DNA of 32,000 nt. Origin: Candidatus Portiera aleyrodidarum. GTDB taxonomy: Bacteria; Pseudomonadota; Gammaproteobacteria; Johnevansiales; Johnevansiaceae. Below are positions 1-10,889 of this stretch, piece by piece. Each line of letters begins with the position of its first letter. Within the stretch, counting starts at the first letter, position 1. The stretch is from contig NZ_LN649236.1 of assembly GCF_000953395.1 (NCBI RefSeq), positions 90,001 through 122,000 of the forward strand, read 5' to 3'. The notes under the pieces are model-generated. The model made no database searches, had not been told where the DNA came from, and worked only from the letters and a program-made list of their open reading frames with translations. A program made the position numbers and the translations under genes.

Positions 1-596
<596 letters not shown>

Positions 597-650
597 TATC
601 CTTTTTTTGTCTTTATATGAAGAACAAAGTACCTACTTAATTTCTTTTTT

Positions 651-679
651 ATTATATTAAATATATATTTTTTTGTCAA
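651..679 (-). promoter_or_regulatory. Candidate sigma-70 promoter for rrs: TTGACA (679-674), 17-nt spacer, TATAAT (656-651)
   Basis: Read directly on the minus strand: TTGACA aaaaaatatatatttaa TATAAT, about 55 nt upstream of the mature 16S 5' end. Both hexamers are perfect consensus with optimal spacing, and the upstream flank is A/T-rich. TATAAT alone is weak evidence in AT-rich DNA; the exact TTGACA at 17 nt is the stronger part. Confidence 0.45.
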
Positions 680-1641
680 ATTATATTATTTTTTAATTCA
701 GATATTCTTTTTTTTGCTTTATCTCGTGCTATATATTCTCCTTTTTTTAGTATTTTCTTAATATATGTATAATCTTTTAAAAGTCTTAAATAAATATCTC
801 TTGGATAACGAAGTGATTCATTAATATAATCAAAAACTATTTTTTTTACTTCACTCCAACTTATACCTTCCTTATATCTATTTTTTAAACAATAAATTTC
901 TTCTTTATTTGCAAATGCTGAGAATATTTTCAATAAAGTACAATTTTTTATATCTTTAGGATCACTTGCTTTAGTTGAATTAGTTTTTATTTTACGAATC
1001 ATCTTATATAATGTTTTTTCTGTACAAAATAAAGGAATAGTATTACCATAACTTTTAGACATTTTTCGTCCATCTAAACCATTTATAATTTTATTTCTTT
1101 TATCTAATTTTATTTTTGGTAAAACCCAATATTTTCCATACATACTATTAAATTTTAAAGCAATATCTCTTGTAATTTCTATATGTTGAATTTGATCTTT
1201 TCCTACTAAAACCAAATTGGCATTAAATAATAAAATATCCGCTGCCATAAGTAAAGGATAACTATATAATCCCATATTAATATTATTTTTGCCAGTTATT
1301 AATAATGACTTATAAGCATGAGCTCTATTTAATAAACCTTTGGAACAAATACAACATAACAACCACATTAATTCAGTAATTTCTGGTATAGCTGATTGAC
1401 AATATAAAATTACATTCTTTGGATCTAATCCAATTGCTAACCAAGCTGCTAACATTTCTAATCTATACCGTTTTATTTTTTTAGGATTTTTTAATTTTAT
1501 TAAAGCATGTAAATCTGCAATAAAACAATATGTTTTTATATTTCTATTTCTACTTACCTCAATTGTCGGACGCAATGCTCCAATATAATTTCCGATATGA
1601 GGAGCTCCATTAGGAGTAATCCCACTAATTACAGTAATCAT
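676..1641 (-). CDS. trpS: tryptophan--tRNA ligase
   Basis: 321-aa ORF of typical TrpRS size. It has class I signatures: an N-terminal [15 protein letters not shown] (HIGH-type) and KMSKS ([10 protein letters not shown]). Confidence 0.93.
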   Translation of the reverse strand: MITVISGITPNGAPHIGNYIGALRPTIEVSRNRNIKTYCFIADLHALIKLKNPKKIKRYRLEMLAAWLAIGLDPKNVILYCQSAIPEITELMWLLCCICSKGLLNRAHAYKSLLITGKNNINMGLYSYPLLMAADILLFNANLVLVGKDQIQHIEITRDIALKFNSMYGKYWVLPKIKLDKRNKIINGLDGRKMSKSYGNTIPLFCTEKTLYKMIRKIKTNSTKASDPKDIKNCTLLKIFSAFANKEEIYCLKNRYKEGISWSEVKKIVFDYINESLRYPRDIYLRLLKDYTYIKKILKKGEYIARDKAKKRISELKNNII

Positions 1642-1781
1642 TTAGATTCACGATAACAAACATGTCTACGTATTATTGGATCATATTTTTTTAATTCTAA
1701 TTTTTTCGGATTAGTTCTTTTATAAGTTGAATAACAATGACCTGTACCTTTAGTGGAAACTAACTTTATTTTCTTTCTCAC
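1638..1781 (-). CDS. rpmG: 50S ribosomal protein L33 (not in the ORF track; hand-translated)
   Basis: The minus-strand translation from GTG 1781 is (M)[46 protein letters not shown], ending at TGA 1640-1638. It matches the L33 pattern KIKLVS..GTGH.Y.T.KN......KLEL.K.DP..R.HV.Y.E.K. A GGAG lies 8 nt upstream of the GTG, and an alternative TTG start is at 1787. It follows rpmB as in the conserved rpmBG pair, and its stop overlaps the trpS start (ATGA). Confidence 0.9.
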   Translation of the reverse strand: MRKKIKLVSTKGTGHCYSTYKRTNPKKLELKKYDPIIRRHVCYRESK

Positions 1782-1804
1782 AACCAATTCTCCAATATAT
1801 TTTT

Positions 1805-2020
1805 TTAATATTTTTTTAATATTTTTTCTATACCATATTTATCTATTATACGCATACCTTTAGTAGAAATACGTAATTTTATATGCCGTTTCTCATTCTT
1901 TATCCAAAACCGATGTTTTTGTAAATTTGGCATAAATCTTCTACGTGTTTTCCTATTTGAATGAGAAACATTATTACCTTGCATTGGCTTTTTATAAGTT
2001 ACTTGACATCTTTTAGCCAT
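1805..2020 (-). CDS. rpmB: 50S ribosomal protein L28
   Basis: 71-aa [37 protein letters not shown]..., the typical L28 N-terminus. It sits immediately upstream of rpmG. Confidence 0.93.
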   Translation of the reverse strand: MAKRCQVTYKKPMQGNNVSHSNRKTRRRFMPNLQKHRFWIKNEKRHIKLRISTKGMRIIDKYGIEKILKKY

Positions 2021-2029
2021 TTTTATTCC

Positions 2030-2860
2030 TTATCTGTTAATATACTTTTTAATTTTTTTTATTGCACTTTTTTCTAATTGACGAATCCTTTCAGCTGATA
2101 CCCCATAAATCGAAGCTAATTCATGTAATGTTGCTTTTTGTTCATTCAACCAACGTTGCTTTAAAATATCTCTTACACGTTCATCAAGTTTGTTTAAAGC
2201 TACATATAAGCGTCTATAAGCATATCTTTCAAAATCATATTTTTCTAATTGAATAGCAGGATCCAATCTTGAATCTTCAATATAATTAGAAGGATTTTGA
2301 TATTTATCAAAATCTTCATCTTGCTTATTATCAAATCCATAATCTTGCGATGATAATCTACCTTCCATTTCTCTAACTACATTAGGATTAACATTAAGAT
2401 CCTTAGCTATTGCTTTGATTTCATCATTATTTAACCAATTACAACGTTTTTTAGCACTTCTTAAATTAAAAAATAATTTCCTTTGAGATTTCGTAGTAGC
2501 TACTTTTACAATTCTCCAATTTCTTAAAACATATTCATGTATTTCAGCTTTAATCCAATGTATAGCAAAAGAAACTAAACGTACACCATGATCAGGATCA
2601 AATCGTTTTACTGCTTTCATTAACCCTACATTACCTTCTTGAATAATATCCGATTTCTGTAATCCATATCCTGAATAACTACGAGCAATATGAACTACAA
2701 AACGTAAATTAGACATTACTAAACAACGAGCTGCTTCTAAATCTCCTTTCTTTCTTAATCTTATCGCTAAATCCTGTTCTTCTTTAGCCGAAAGTAAAGG
2801 AATACCTATAACTGTTTGAATATAACCATTTATATTATTTTCTGGATAAATTTTTATCAT
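2030..2860 (-). CDS. rpoH: RNA polymerase sigma-32 (heat-shock sigma factor)
   Basis: 276-aa sigma-70-family ORF containing the RpoH box QRKLFFNLR. Regions 2 and 4 are recognisable (e.g. ERIRQLEKSAIKKIK). Confidence 0.92.
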   Translation of the reverse strand: MIKIYPENNINGYIQTVIGIPLLSAKEEQDLAIRLRKKGDLEAARCLVMSNLRFVVHIARSYSGYGLQKSDIIQEGNVGLMKAVKRFDPDHGVRLVSFAIHWIKAEIHEYVLRNWRIVKVATTKSQRKLFFNLRSAKKRCNWLNNDEIKAIAKDLNVNPNVVREMEGRLSSQDYGFDNKQDEDFDKYQNPSNYIEDSRLDPAIQLEKYDFERYAYRRLYVALNKLDERVRDILKQRWLNEQKATLHELASIYGVSAERIRQLEKSAIKKIKKYINR

Positions 2861-2916
2861 AGCCTACTCATTTTTTTATTGAAATTATATCATAAATATG
2901 ATTAATTATTATTAAT

Positions 2917-3519
2917 ATGATTAGATTAATTGGTGGTTGTAAAAAACGTAATTTACTTAACTTTCCATCTACAATAATTCCTGGTATTAGACCTACTTTA
3001 ATTAATGTGCGAGAAACTTTATTTAATTGGATTAAAAATAATATAAAAAATAAAAATATTTTAGATTTATATGCAGGTAGTGGATCACTAGGATTTGAAT
3101 CGCTCTCTAGAGGTGCAAAACATGTAGTTTTTCTTGAAAAAAATAAATATTTAGTTAATTTTTTATACATTAATAAAAACAAAATCAATCTTTTTAATTC
3201 TGTTAAAATTATAAAAACTAATTCTATTAATTACATTAATAATTTTGCCTTTCAATCCTTTGATATAGTTTTTATAGATCCACCTTTTTATAAAGGTTTA
3301 GTATACCCTAGCTGTAACTTATTAGAATCCAACGGTTGGCTTAATGATAATTCCTTTATATATTTAGAAGTAGAATCTAATTTAGATCTCTTCTTTTTAC
3401 CTATTACATGGATCTTATATAAAGAACTTTCTTTTGGTAAATCTCATATACTTCTTTATCGTCGTTTTTCAAATTTTCAGACTACGCATCAAAGGAAAAA
3501 ACAATACATCTCGAATTGA
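2917..3519 (+). CDS. rsmD: 16S rRNA (guanine966-N2)-methyltransferase RsmD-like
   Basis: 200-aa ORF with the N-terminal pattern IRLIGG...RPT..VRE.LFNW, an AGSGSLGFES SAM-binding loop and a DPPF motif. The last ~16 codons look like read-through tail running antisense into lysS. Confidence 0.8.
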   Translation: MIRLIGGCKKRNLLNFPSTIIPGIRPTLINVRETLFNWIKNNIKNKNILDLYAGSGSLGFESLSRGAKHVVFLEKNKYLVNFLYINKNKINLFNSVKIIKTNSINYINNFAFQSFDIVFIDPPFYKGLVYPSCNLLESNGWLNDNSFIYLEVESNLDLFFLPITWILYKELSFGKSHILLYRRFSNFQTTHQRKKQYISN

Positions 3520-4959
3520 TTCTTTATTTGTAAGTATCATAATAAGACGATCAATACCTACTCCTTCACCAGCTGTTGGAGGCATTCCATATTCTAATGC
3601 ACGTATATAATCATTATCATAATAAATCATATCTTTAATATCTTTTTTTTTCATTTGTAATTTAAATCTTTTAGATTGTTCTATATAATCATTTAATTCA
3701 GAAAACCCATTAGCTATTTCTCTACCCCCTATAAATAATTCAAATCTTTCTGTTATATTTTGATTTTTATCTTTACTTCTCGCTAAAGGACTAACTTCAA
3801 CAGGATATGAAGTAATAAACGTTGGTTTTATTAATTTTCGTTCTACAATTACTTCAAATATTTTATTAAGCAATAAACCATAATTCTTATAATTATCTAC
3901 AATAATTCCAATCCGTTTAGATAAATCAAGCAATTTTTCTAAATTATCTAAATCCGAGTTAATAATTGAAAAATTTTTACCATACTTTATTATAGATTCT
4001 CGCATACTTAAACAATCAAAAGGTTCTGATAAATCAATATTTATTTTTTTTCCTATATTAATTTTAGTTGTACCTAACGTTTCATTAGCTACAAATCTAA
4101 TCATATTTTCTGTAATTCCCATCAAATCCTTATAATCTGCAAAAGCCCAATAAAACTCTAACATAGTAAATTCCGGATTATGCCAAGTTGATATACCTTC
4201 ATTACGAAAATTTTTATTAATTTCAAATACACGTTCCAAACCACCAACTACCAAACGCTTTAAATAAAGTTCAGGAGCAATACGTAAATACATTTTTATA
4301 TTTAATGAATTATTATAAGTTACAAATGGTTTTGCTAATGCTCCCCCTGGAATTGAATGTAATATAGGTGTCTCTACTTCCATAAAATCAAGTTCATTTA
4401 AAAATTTTCTAATAGACGATATAACACGTGTACGAATACTAAATATTTCACGTACTTCTTTATTCATAATTAAATCTAAATATCTATAACGATATCTAAT
4501 TTCTTGATCTTTTATACCATGAAATTTATCTGGTAAAGGCCTTATACTTTTAGTTAATATATAAGCTTCTTTTACTAATAAATAAAGTTCACCTTTATTA
4601 GATTTATTAATTACCCCTATTGCTCCAATAATATCACCAATATCCCAATCTTTAATATTTTTATGCAATTCCTTAGAAATTATTTTTTTATCTATATAAA
4701 GCTGAATATTACTACTTACATCTTGTATAACTATAAAAGGCCCCCTTTTACGCATAATACGTCCTGCTACTGATGTTGTATATTTTAATTTTACTAATTC
4801 TTCTTTTTTCTTTTCTCCAAACTTGTTTTTCAAATTACTTGATATGCTATCACGACGAAAATCATTAGGAAATGCACTTTTTCCATTTTTTTTTGCTTTT
4901 TCACGTAATACCTTTAGCTTATCAACACGTTCTTTTATTAAATAATTTTTTATAATCAT
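3469..4959 (-). CDS. lysS: lysine--tRNA ligase (class II)
   Basis: 496-aa ORF with an OB anticodon-binding N-domain and class II core motifs (FRNEGIS..HNPEFT, GGREIANGFSELND, PPTAGEGVGIDRL). It lies directly downstream of prfB, as in E. coli. Confidence 0.95.
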   Translation of the reverse strand: MIIKNYLIKERVDKLKVLREKAKKNGKSAFPNDFRRDSISSNLKNKFGEKKKEELVKLKYTTSVAGRIMRKRGPFIVIQDVSSNIQLYIDKKIISKELHKNIKDWDIGDIIGAIGVINKSNKGELYLLVKEAYILTKSIRPLPDKFHGIKDQEIRYRYRYLDLIMNKEVREIFSIRTRVISSIRKFLNELDFMEVETPILHSIPGGALAKPFVTYNNSLNIKMYLRIAPELYLKRLVVGGLERVFEINKNFRNEGISTWHNPEFTMLEFYWAFADYKDLMGITENMIRFVANETLGTTKINIGKKINIDLSEPFDCLSMRESIIKYGKNFSIINSDLDNLEKLLDLSKRIGIIVDNYKNYGLLLNKIFEVIVERKLIKPTFITSYPVEVSPLARSKDKNQNITERFELFIGGREIANGFSELNDYIEQSKRFKLQMKKKDIKDMIYYDNDYIRALEYGMPPTAGEGVGIDRLIMILTNKESIRDVLFFPLMRSLKI

Positions 4960-5965
4960 TTATAATCCTTGCTTAAGACTTGCCTCTATAAATAAATCTA
5001 AATCACCCTTTAATACTTTTTCACAATTATTATTTTGTATTCCTGTACGTAAATCTTTAATTCTCTGAGCATCTAATACATATGATCTAATTTGATTACC
5101 CCAACATATTCCTGCTTTATTTTTTTCTATTTTCTTTTTTTCATTTTCCCTTTTCTGTTTTTCCAACTCATATAATTTTGTTTTTAACATTTTCATTGCA
5201 CGTTCTTTATTACTGTGTTGAGATCTTTCTGTTTGACATGAAACAACTATTTTAGTTGGTATATGCGTAATTCTAACAGCAGAATCAGTAGTATTTACAT
5301 GTTGACCACCTGCCCCACTAGATCTATAAGTATCAATTCTTAATTCTTCTATATTTATATCTATTTTTAAATTTTTTTCAATTTCTGGATAAATAAATAC
5401 TGATGCAAATGAAGTATGACGACGTTTACTTGAATCAAAAGGACTTTTACGTACTAAACGATGAATTCCTTTTTCTGTACGTAACCATCCAAATGCATAT
5501 TCCCCTTTTATATGAATAGTTGCAGATTTTATGCCAGCTATTTCACCTATATTTAAATTTACTATTTCTGTTTTTAAATTATGACTTAAAGCCCATCGTA
5601 AATACATACGTAATAACATATTTGACCAGTCTTGTGATTCTATACCACCCGAACCCGATTGAATTTCTACATAAGCATTATTTCTATCCCTTTTACCTGA
5701 AAATATACGAATACATTCTAATTTTGATAATTCTTTTTCTAATCTTCTTATTTCTTCTTTTATTGAACTTAACGTTTTTTCATCTGATTCCATTATAGCT
5801 AACTGTAATAGCTCAGTATTATTCAATATTTCCTTATTAATTTTTTTTATAACATTTTTTTTTAATTTATATTCATCAAAAATAATCCTTAATTTTAGAA
5901 AAACTGTTATATAAATTTTTTATTTTAATTTTTATTATTTGTATATCATCATAATATCGCAACAT
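4960..5965 (-). CDS. prfB: peptide chain release factor 2, two frames joined by a programmed +1 frameshift: join(5965..5879, 5877..4960)
   Basis: The ORF track shows only residues from a TTG at 5826. By hand, ATG 5965 opens 29 codons ([29 protein letters not shown]) that end at TGA 5878-5876. The +1 frame then continues DEYKLKKNV... into the annotated ORF. SPF and GGQ motifs are present ([16 protein letters not shown]). Confidence 0.9.
5876..5890 (-). promoter_or_regulatory. prfB +1 frameshift cassette: SD-like AAGGA, 4 nt, TTT TGA T
   Basis: The minus strand reads AAG GAT TAT TTT TGA T, compared with E. coli AGG GGG TAT CTT TGA C. There are five consecutive T, so the P-site tRNA-Phe can re-pair in the +1 frame, and the next +1 codon is GAT (Asp), as in E. 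coli (GAC). Confidence 0.85.
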
Positions 5966-5981
5966 AAATATATTTGTATCC

Positions 5982-7364
5982 TTAAATTACACTAAACATA
6001 TAACTATGTACATTATTAATATTAGCAGGTAAGATACAATATCTCTCTTCTTTTTTTAATAATTCTTTAATTGAATTAGGTACTTGTATTTCAATTCCAG
6101 CTTTTATAATTGTATCATAAAATTTCGCAGGATGAGCTGTAGCCATAGTTATCATAGGTATTTCTGGATAATTATTACATCTTTCTGCTGCCATTAAACC
6201 AATAGCTGTATGCGGATCAACAATAATTCCATTACGTTTATAAATATCACTTATAACAGATAAAATAGTTTTATCATTTACACTTGTACTATAAAATAAA
6301 TTTCTTAATTTCTTTAAAGGCTTTTCGTCTATTATAGTATAATTTTCATTATTAAATTTATTAAATAAATTTTTAATAGCATTTGAATTTTTATTATAAG
6401 CATAAAATAATAAACGTTCAAAATTAGAAGAAACAACTATATCCATAGCTGGTGCTATAGTATTAACTAATTCCCTTCTAGAAAAATCATTATACTCTAT
6501 TATACGATGAAGGATATTATTAACGTTAGTTGCAATTACTAATTGCCTAATAGGTAATCCCATTTTATAAGCTATATATCCTGCAAAAATATTTCCAAAA
6601 TTGGCTGAAGGTACAGTAAAACTTATTTCCCTATAGGGAGCACCAACTGAAATTGCTGAAACTATATAATATACTGTTTGTGCTAAAATACGTGCCCAAT
6701 TTATTGAGTTTATAGCAATTAACCTTCTTCCTTTAATAAAACAACTTTTATTAAAACTTTCTTTAACTATAGCCTGTGCATCATCAAAATTTCCTTTTAT
6801 AGCTATATTATGTACATTATCTTTTTTTACTGTAGTCATCTGTCTTCTTTGTATTTCTGATATCATTTTATTAGGATGTAAAATGAATATTTCTAAATTT
6901 TTACAATCACCAAAACCTGAAATAGCAGCTGATCCTGTATCTCCTGAAGTTGCACCCATAATAACTGCTTTTTCACCACGTTTTTTTAAAAAATAATCAA
7001 TTAAATTACCCATTAATTGTAAAGCTATATCTTTAAATGCTAATGTAGGACCATTAAATAATTCTAATACAAATTTATTTTTACCTATTTGCTTTATTGG
7101 CACTATTGCATCATTACAAAACCTTGTATAACTTTTTTTTATTAAATCTTTTAACTGTTTATCATCAATATCATCAATAAAAAGACGCATTATACGAAAT
7201 GCTGCTTCAGCATATGAACAATTATTTAATTCTATAAAATCTTTATGCGAAATTTTAGGTATTCTTTCTGGAACATACAAACCACCATCACTAGCTAAAC
7301 CCGTCATTACTGTTTCTTCAAAAGAACTTACAGGTGCTTCCCCGCGAGTACTAATGTAACGCAT
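5982..7364 (-). CDS. thrC: threonine synthase
   Basis: 460-aa ORF with the PLP-lysine motif GPTLAFKDIALQ and the GATSGDTGSAA loop. It is the long ThrC form and lies adjacent to hom. Confidence 0.93.
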   Translation of the reverse strand: MRYISTRGEAPVSSFEETVMTGLASDGGLYVPERIPKISHKDFIELNNCSYAEAAFRIMRLFIDDIDDKQLKDLIKKSYTRFCNDAIVPIKQIGKNKFVLELFNGPTLAFKDIALQLMGNLIDYFLKKRGEKAVIMGATSGDTGSAAISGFGDCKNLEIFILHPNKMISEIQRRQMTTVKKDNVHNIAIKGNFDDAQAIVKESFNKSCFIKGRRLIAINSINWARILAQTVYYIVSAISVGAPYREISFTVPSANFGNIFAGYIAYKMGLPIRQLVIATNVNNILHRIIEYNDFSRRELVNTIAPAMDIVVSSNFERLLFYAYNKNSNAIKNLFNKFNNENYTIIDEKPLKKLRNLFYSTSVNDKTILSVISDIYKRNGIIVDPHTAIGLMAAERCNNYPEIPMITMATAHPAKFYDTIIKAGIEIQVPNSIKELLKKEERYCILPANINNVHSYMFSVI

Positions 7365-7405
7365 TCTTTACCATCCCCCTCAATATTTTTTCAGAATGTA
7401 ACAAC

Positions 7406-8653
7406 TTAAATTTTTTCAACCCTAATTCTAGTTATATGTCCTACTATCCCATTTGTAGATTCTATTTTACCTATAGCTAACTTCATATTTGATTCTTTTG
7501 TACTATAAGTTAATATAATAATAACAATTGAACTTACCGTTTTTATTTGTATTAAATGCTTAATTCGAATTCCTTGTTTATAAAAAATATTTGCTACCTG
7601 TCCTATCATATTAAAACTAAGAAGCATAAATCTCAAATAATATTCTGTAATAATTTGATCTATTGGTAAAATAGGTAACTTTTCCATATTACTAAAAGCT
7701 AAATAATGATCTCTAGATACATCTAATAAATCTGCTACAATAGCTGAAGCTGTTGGTTCTGAACCTGCCCCTATACCTACGTATAATGTCGCTCCTACCG
7801 CATCACCATTTATTTCTATTGCATTTTTTACTCCCTTTACATTAGATATTAATCTTTTTTTTGGTATCATTACCGGATGTACTCTTAATTCTATTCCCTT
7901 TTTCTTACGTTTAGAAATACCTAAATGTTTTATATTATATCCTAATTTCTCTGCTTGTTTTACATCTTCTATAGTTATACCTTTAATACCTTCAATATAA
8001 ATTTTTTCAAATTGTAAAGGAATACCATAAGCTATAGACGCTAAAATTGTTAATTTCTGTGCAGTATCAATCCCTTCTATATCTAATGTTGGATCTTCTT
8101 CCGCATATCCTAATACTTTAGCTTTATTTAGTATTTCTTCACCAGCTATCCCATTTTTCATCTTTGTAAGTATATAATTTACTGTACCATTAATAATTCC
8201 AGCTATACTATTAATACGATTTGCACATAAACCCTCACGTAAAGATTTAATTATTGGTATCCCTCCTGCTACTGCTGCCTCAAAAGCTACCATTACCCCT
8301 CTTTTTTCAGCAGCACAAAAAATTTCTTTACCCTGTATTGCAATCATTGCTTTATTTGCTGTAACAACATGCTTTTTATTATTAATAGCTTCTACTACAA
8401 GCTTTCTAGCTACCTTTCCCCCCCCAATTAATTCCACTACGTAATCCACCTTATGGTTACGTACAACTTCAAAAATATTTCTCGTTACCTTACTACCTGT
8501 TAAATTACAAATTTGATTATCACTACGTGTACCTATCTGTTCTATTATAATTGGACGACCTATTCTACGAAATATTTCATTATAATTTCTTTTTAATATA
8601 TTAAATGTCCCTCCACCTACAGTTCCTAAACCACAAATACCTATTCGTATCAA
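7406..8653 (-). CDS. hom: homoserine dehydrogenase
   Basis: 415-aa ORF with an N-terminal GLGTVGGG Rossmann loop, a central HSDH catalytic domain (VTANKA..., DIEGIDTAQKL) and a C-terminal ACT-like tail. Confidence 0.9.
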   Translation of the reverse strand: MIRIGICGLGTVGGGTFNILKRNYNEIFRRIGRPIIIEQIGTRSDNQICNLTGSKVTRNIFEVVRNHKVDYVVELIGGGKVARKLVVEAINNKKHVVTANKAMIAIQGKEIFCAAEKRGVMVAFEAAVAGGIPIIKSLREGLCANRINSIAGIINGTVNYILTKMKNGIAGEEILNKAKVLGYAEEDPTLDIEGIDTAQKLTILASIAYGIPLQFEKIYIEGIKGITIEDVKQAEKLGYNIKHLGISKRKKKGIELRVHPVMIPKKRLISNVKGVKNAIEINGDAVGATLYVGIGAGSEPTASAIVADLLDVSRDHYLAFSNMEKLPILPIDQIITEYYLRFMLLSFNMIGQVANIFYKQGIRIKHLIQIKTVSSIVIIILTYSTKESNMKLAIGKIESTNGIVGHITRIRVEKI

Positions 8654-8672
8654 TTTCCTATTCCCCCAAATC

Positions 8673-9041
8673 TTAACTTATTTTTTCTTTAATACGTGCC
8701 GCTTTACCTTTACGATCACGAAGATAGTACAATTTAGATTTACGAACATCACCTTTACGATTAATTTTTATACTAAATATACTTGTACTATAAGTATTAA
8801 ATGTACGTTCTATACCTATTCCATTAGTTATTTTACGTACTGTAAAAGAAGAATTTAAACCCCTATTACGCTTACCAATAACTATTCCTTCAAAAGCTTG
8901 TAATCTTTCAATTGAACCTTCAATAACCTTTACTTGTACTATAACTGTATCTCCATTTCTAAAGTTTTGAATTCTTTTATTTTTCATTTGTTCTAATTCT
9001 ATTGCTTGAATCAATTTATTCATACTCATATTCCACTCCAT
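8673..9041 (-). CDS. rplS: 50S ribosomal protein L19
   Basis: The ORF matches L19 (..LEQMK....F..GDTV.V.V...EG...RLQAFEG.VI..RNRGL.S.FTVRKI..G.G.ER.F). By homology the true start is probably an internal ATG at 9029 (MSMNKL, with GGAG 6 nt upstream) or 9023 (MNKL). Confidence 0.93.
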   Translation of the reverse strand: MEWNMSMNKLIQAIELEQMKNKRIQNFRNGDTVIVQVKVIEGSIERLQAFEGIVIGKRNRGLNSSFTVRKITNGIGIERTFNTYSTSIFSIKINRKGDVRKSKLYYLRDRKGKAARIKEKIS

Positions 9042-9076
9042 ATTCTTTTTAATATATCTGGACTACTTTCTTTTAA

Positions 9077-9580
9077 TTAATGACGTCTAATAATTCCTTT
9101 GTCTGCTACTGTTATTCTACCTTTTTTTATATTTACATTATTAATAACACTAGTCGGTAAAAAATATTCTTTTGATTCTTTATTTTTTACTACTAAAACA
9201 TCATTATTACCTGTTACAAAAATATAATTTACCTTCCCTATATATTTTTTTTCTTTATTTAAAACTCTTAATTTTGCAATTTGATACCAATAATACTCCC
9301 CTAAAGGTAATTTAGGTAATATATTTTTTGGTAATTTTATTAAAGATCCAATAATTTTTTTAGCTTTTTCACGTGTTTTAATTCCATATAATTGCACAAT
9401 AATAAATCTATTAACTAAACGTATACGCTTTACTTTAAAATATATATTTTTTCCTTTTATTTCTAATATCCATAATCTACTATAATCTATTATGTTACAT
9501 CTTGGATTTGTATAAGAGTATATTTTCATCCACCCTTTAACACCATAAGACTTAGCTATACTTCCCATAATTATATTCAC
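9077..9580 (-). CDS. rimM: ribosome maturation factor RimM
   Basis: 167-aa ORF with the N-terminal G.I.KSYGVKGW.KIYS.T.P pattern, positioned after rpsP. A GTG start overlaps the rpsP TGA (GTGA); an alternative ATG is at 9568. Confidence 0.85.
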   Translation of the reverse strand: MNIIMGSIAKSYGVKGWMKIYSYTNPRCNIIDYSRLWILEIKGKNIYFKVKRIRLVNRFIIVQLYGIKTREKAKKIIGSLIKLPKNILPKLPLGEYYWYQIAKLRVLNKEKKYIGKVNYIFVTGNNDVLVVKNKESKEYFLPTSVINNVNIKKGRITVADKGIIRRH

Positions 9581-9825
9581 TTTTTATCTTTATTATTTTT
9601 TTTTAATAAAGATAAAACCCTATCAGAAATTTTTGCCCCTTTATTTTTCCAATAATATAATCTAATACTATTAATACTAAATCTTTTTTCACCTATAACT
9701 AAAGGATTAAAATATCCTAATTTTTCAATAAACTTTCCATCACGTGATCTTCTAGAATCTTTAACATAAATATGATAAAATGGCCTATTTTTACAACCAC
9801 AACGCGACATACGTATTTTCACCAT
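9577..9825 (-). CDS. rpsP: 30S ribosomal protein S16
   Basis: 82-aa ORF MVKIRMSRCGCKNRPFYHIYVKDSRRSRDGKFIEKLGYFNP, a typical S16. Confidence 0.95.
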   Translation of the reverse strand: MVKIRMSRCGCKNRPFYHIYVKDSRRSRDGKFIEKLGYFNPLVIGEKRFSINSIRLYYWKNKGAKISDRVLSLLKKNNKDKK

Positions 9826-9853
9826 AAAACTAACTCCCTACTTTTTCAACTTA

Positions 9854-10876
<1,023 letters not shown>

Positions 10877-10889
10877 TTACCTTTTCTAA

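Noticed and set aside
1642-1804. Apparently empty spacers (also 25571-25691) that might hold ncRNAs or tRNAs.
   Set aside because: Hand translation shows they encode L33 (rpmG) and L36 (rpmJ), which are too short for the ORF track. No cloverleaf-like GC-rich segments were seen.
2868-3188. 106-aa minus-strand ORF just upstream of rpoH. Similar antisense ORFs occur at 2062-2256, 5520-5798, 15564-15806, 17500-17691, 22030-22227, 26329-26520 and 31414-31707.
   Set aside because: All lie antisense to, and fully inside, well-conserved genes (rsmD, rpoH, prfB, clpB, lspA, rplU, secY, rplP). Their translations are low-complexity F/L/I/N-rich strings with no recognisable motifs. Such shadow ORFs are expected in very AT-rich DNA.
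5827-5981. Apparent 155-nt non-coding gap, suggesting that prfB is a 5'-truncated pseudogene or that an sRNA lies here.
   Set aside because: The gap is explained by the prfB N-terminal exon-like frame plus the canonical +1 frameshift site (see the finding).
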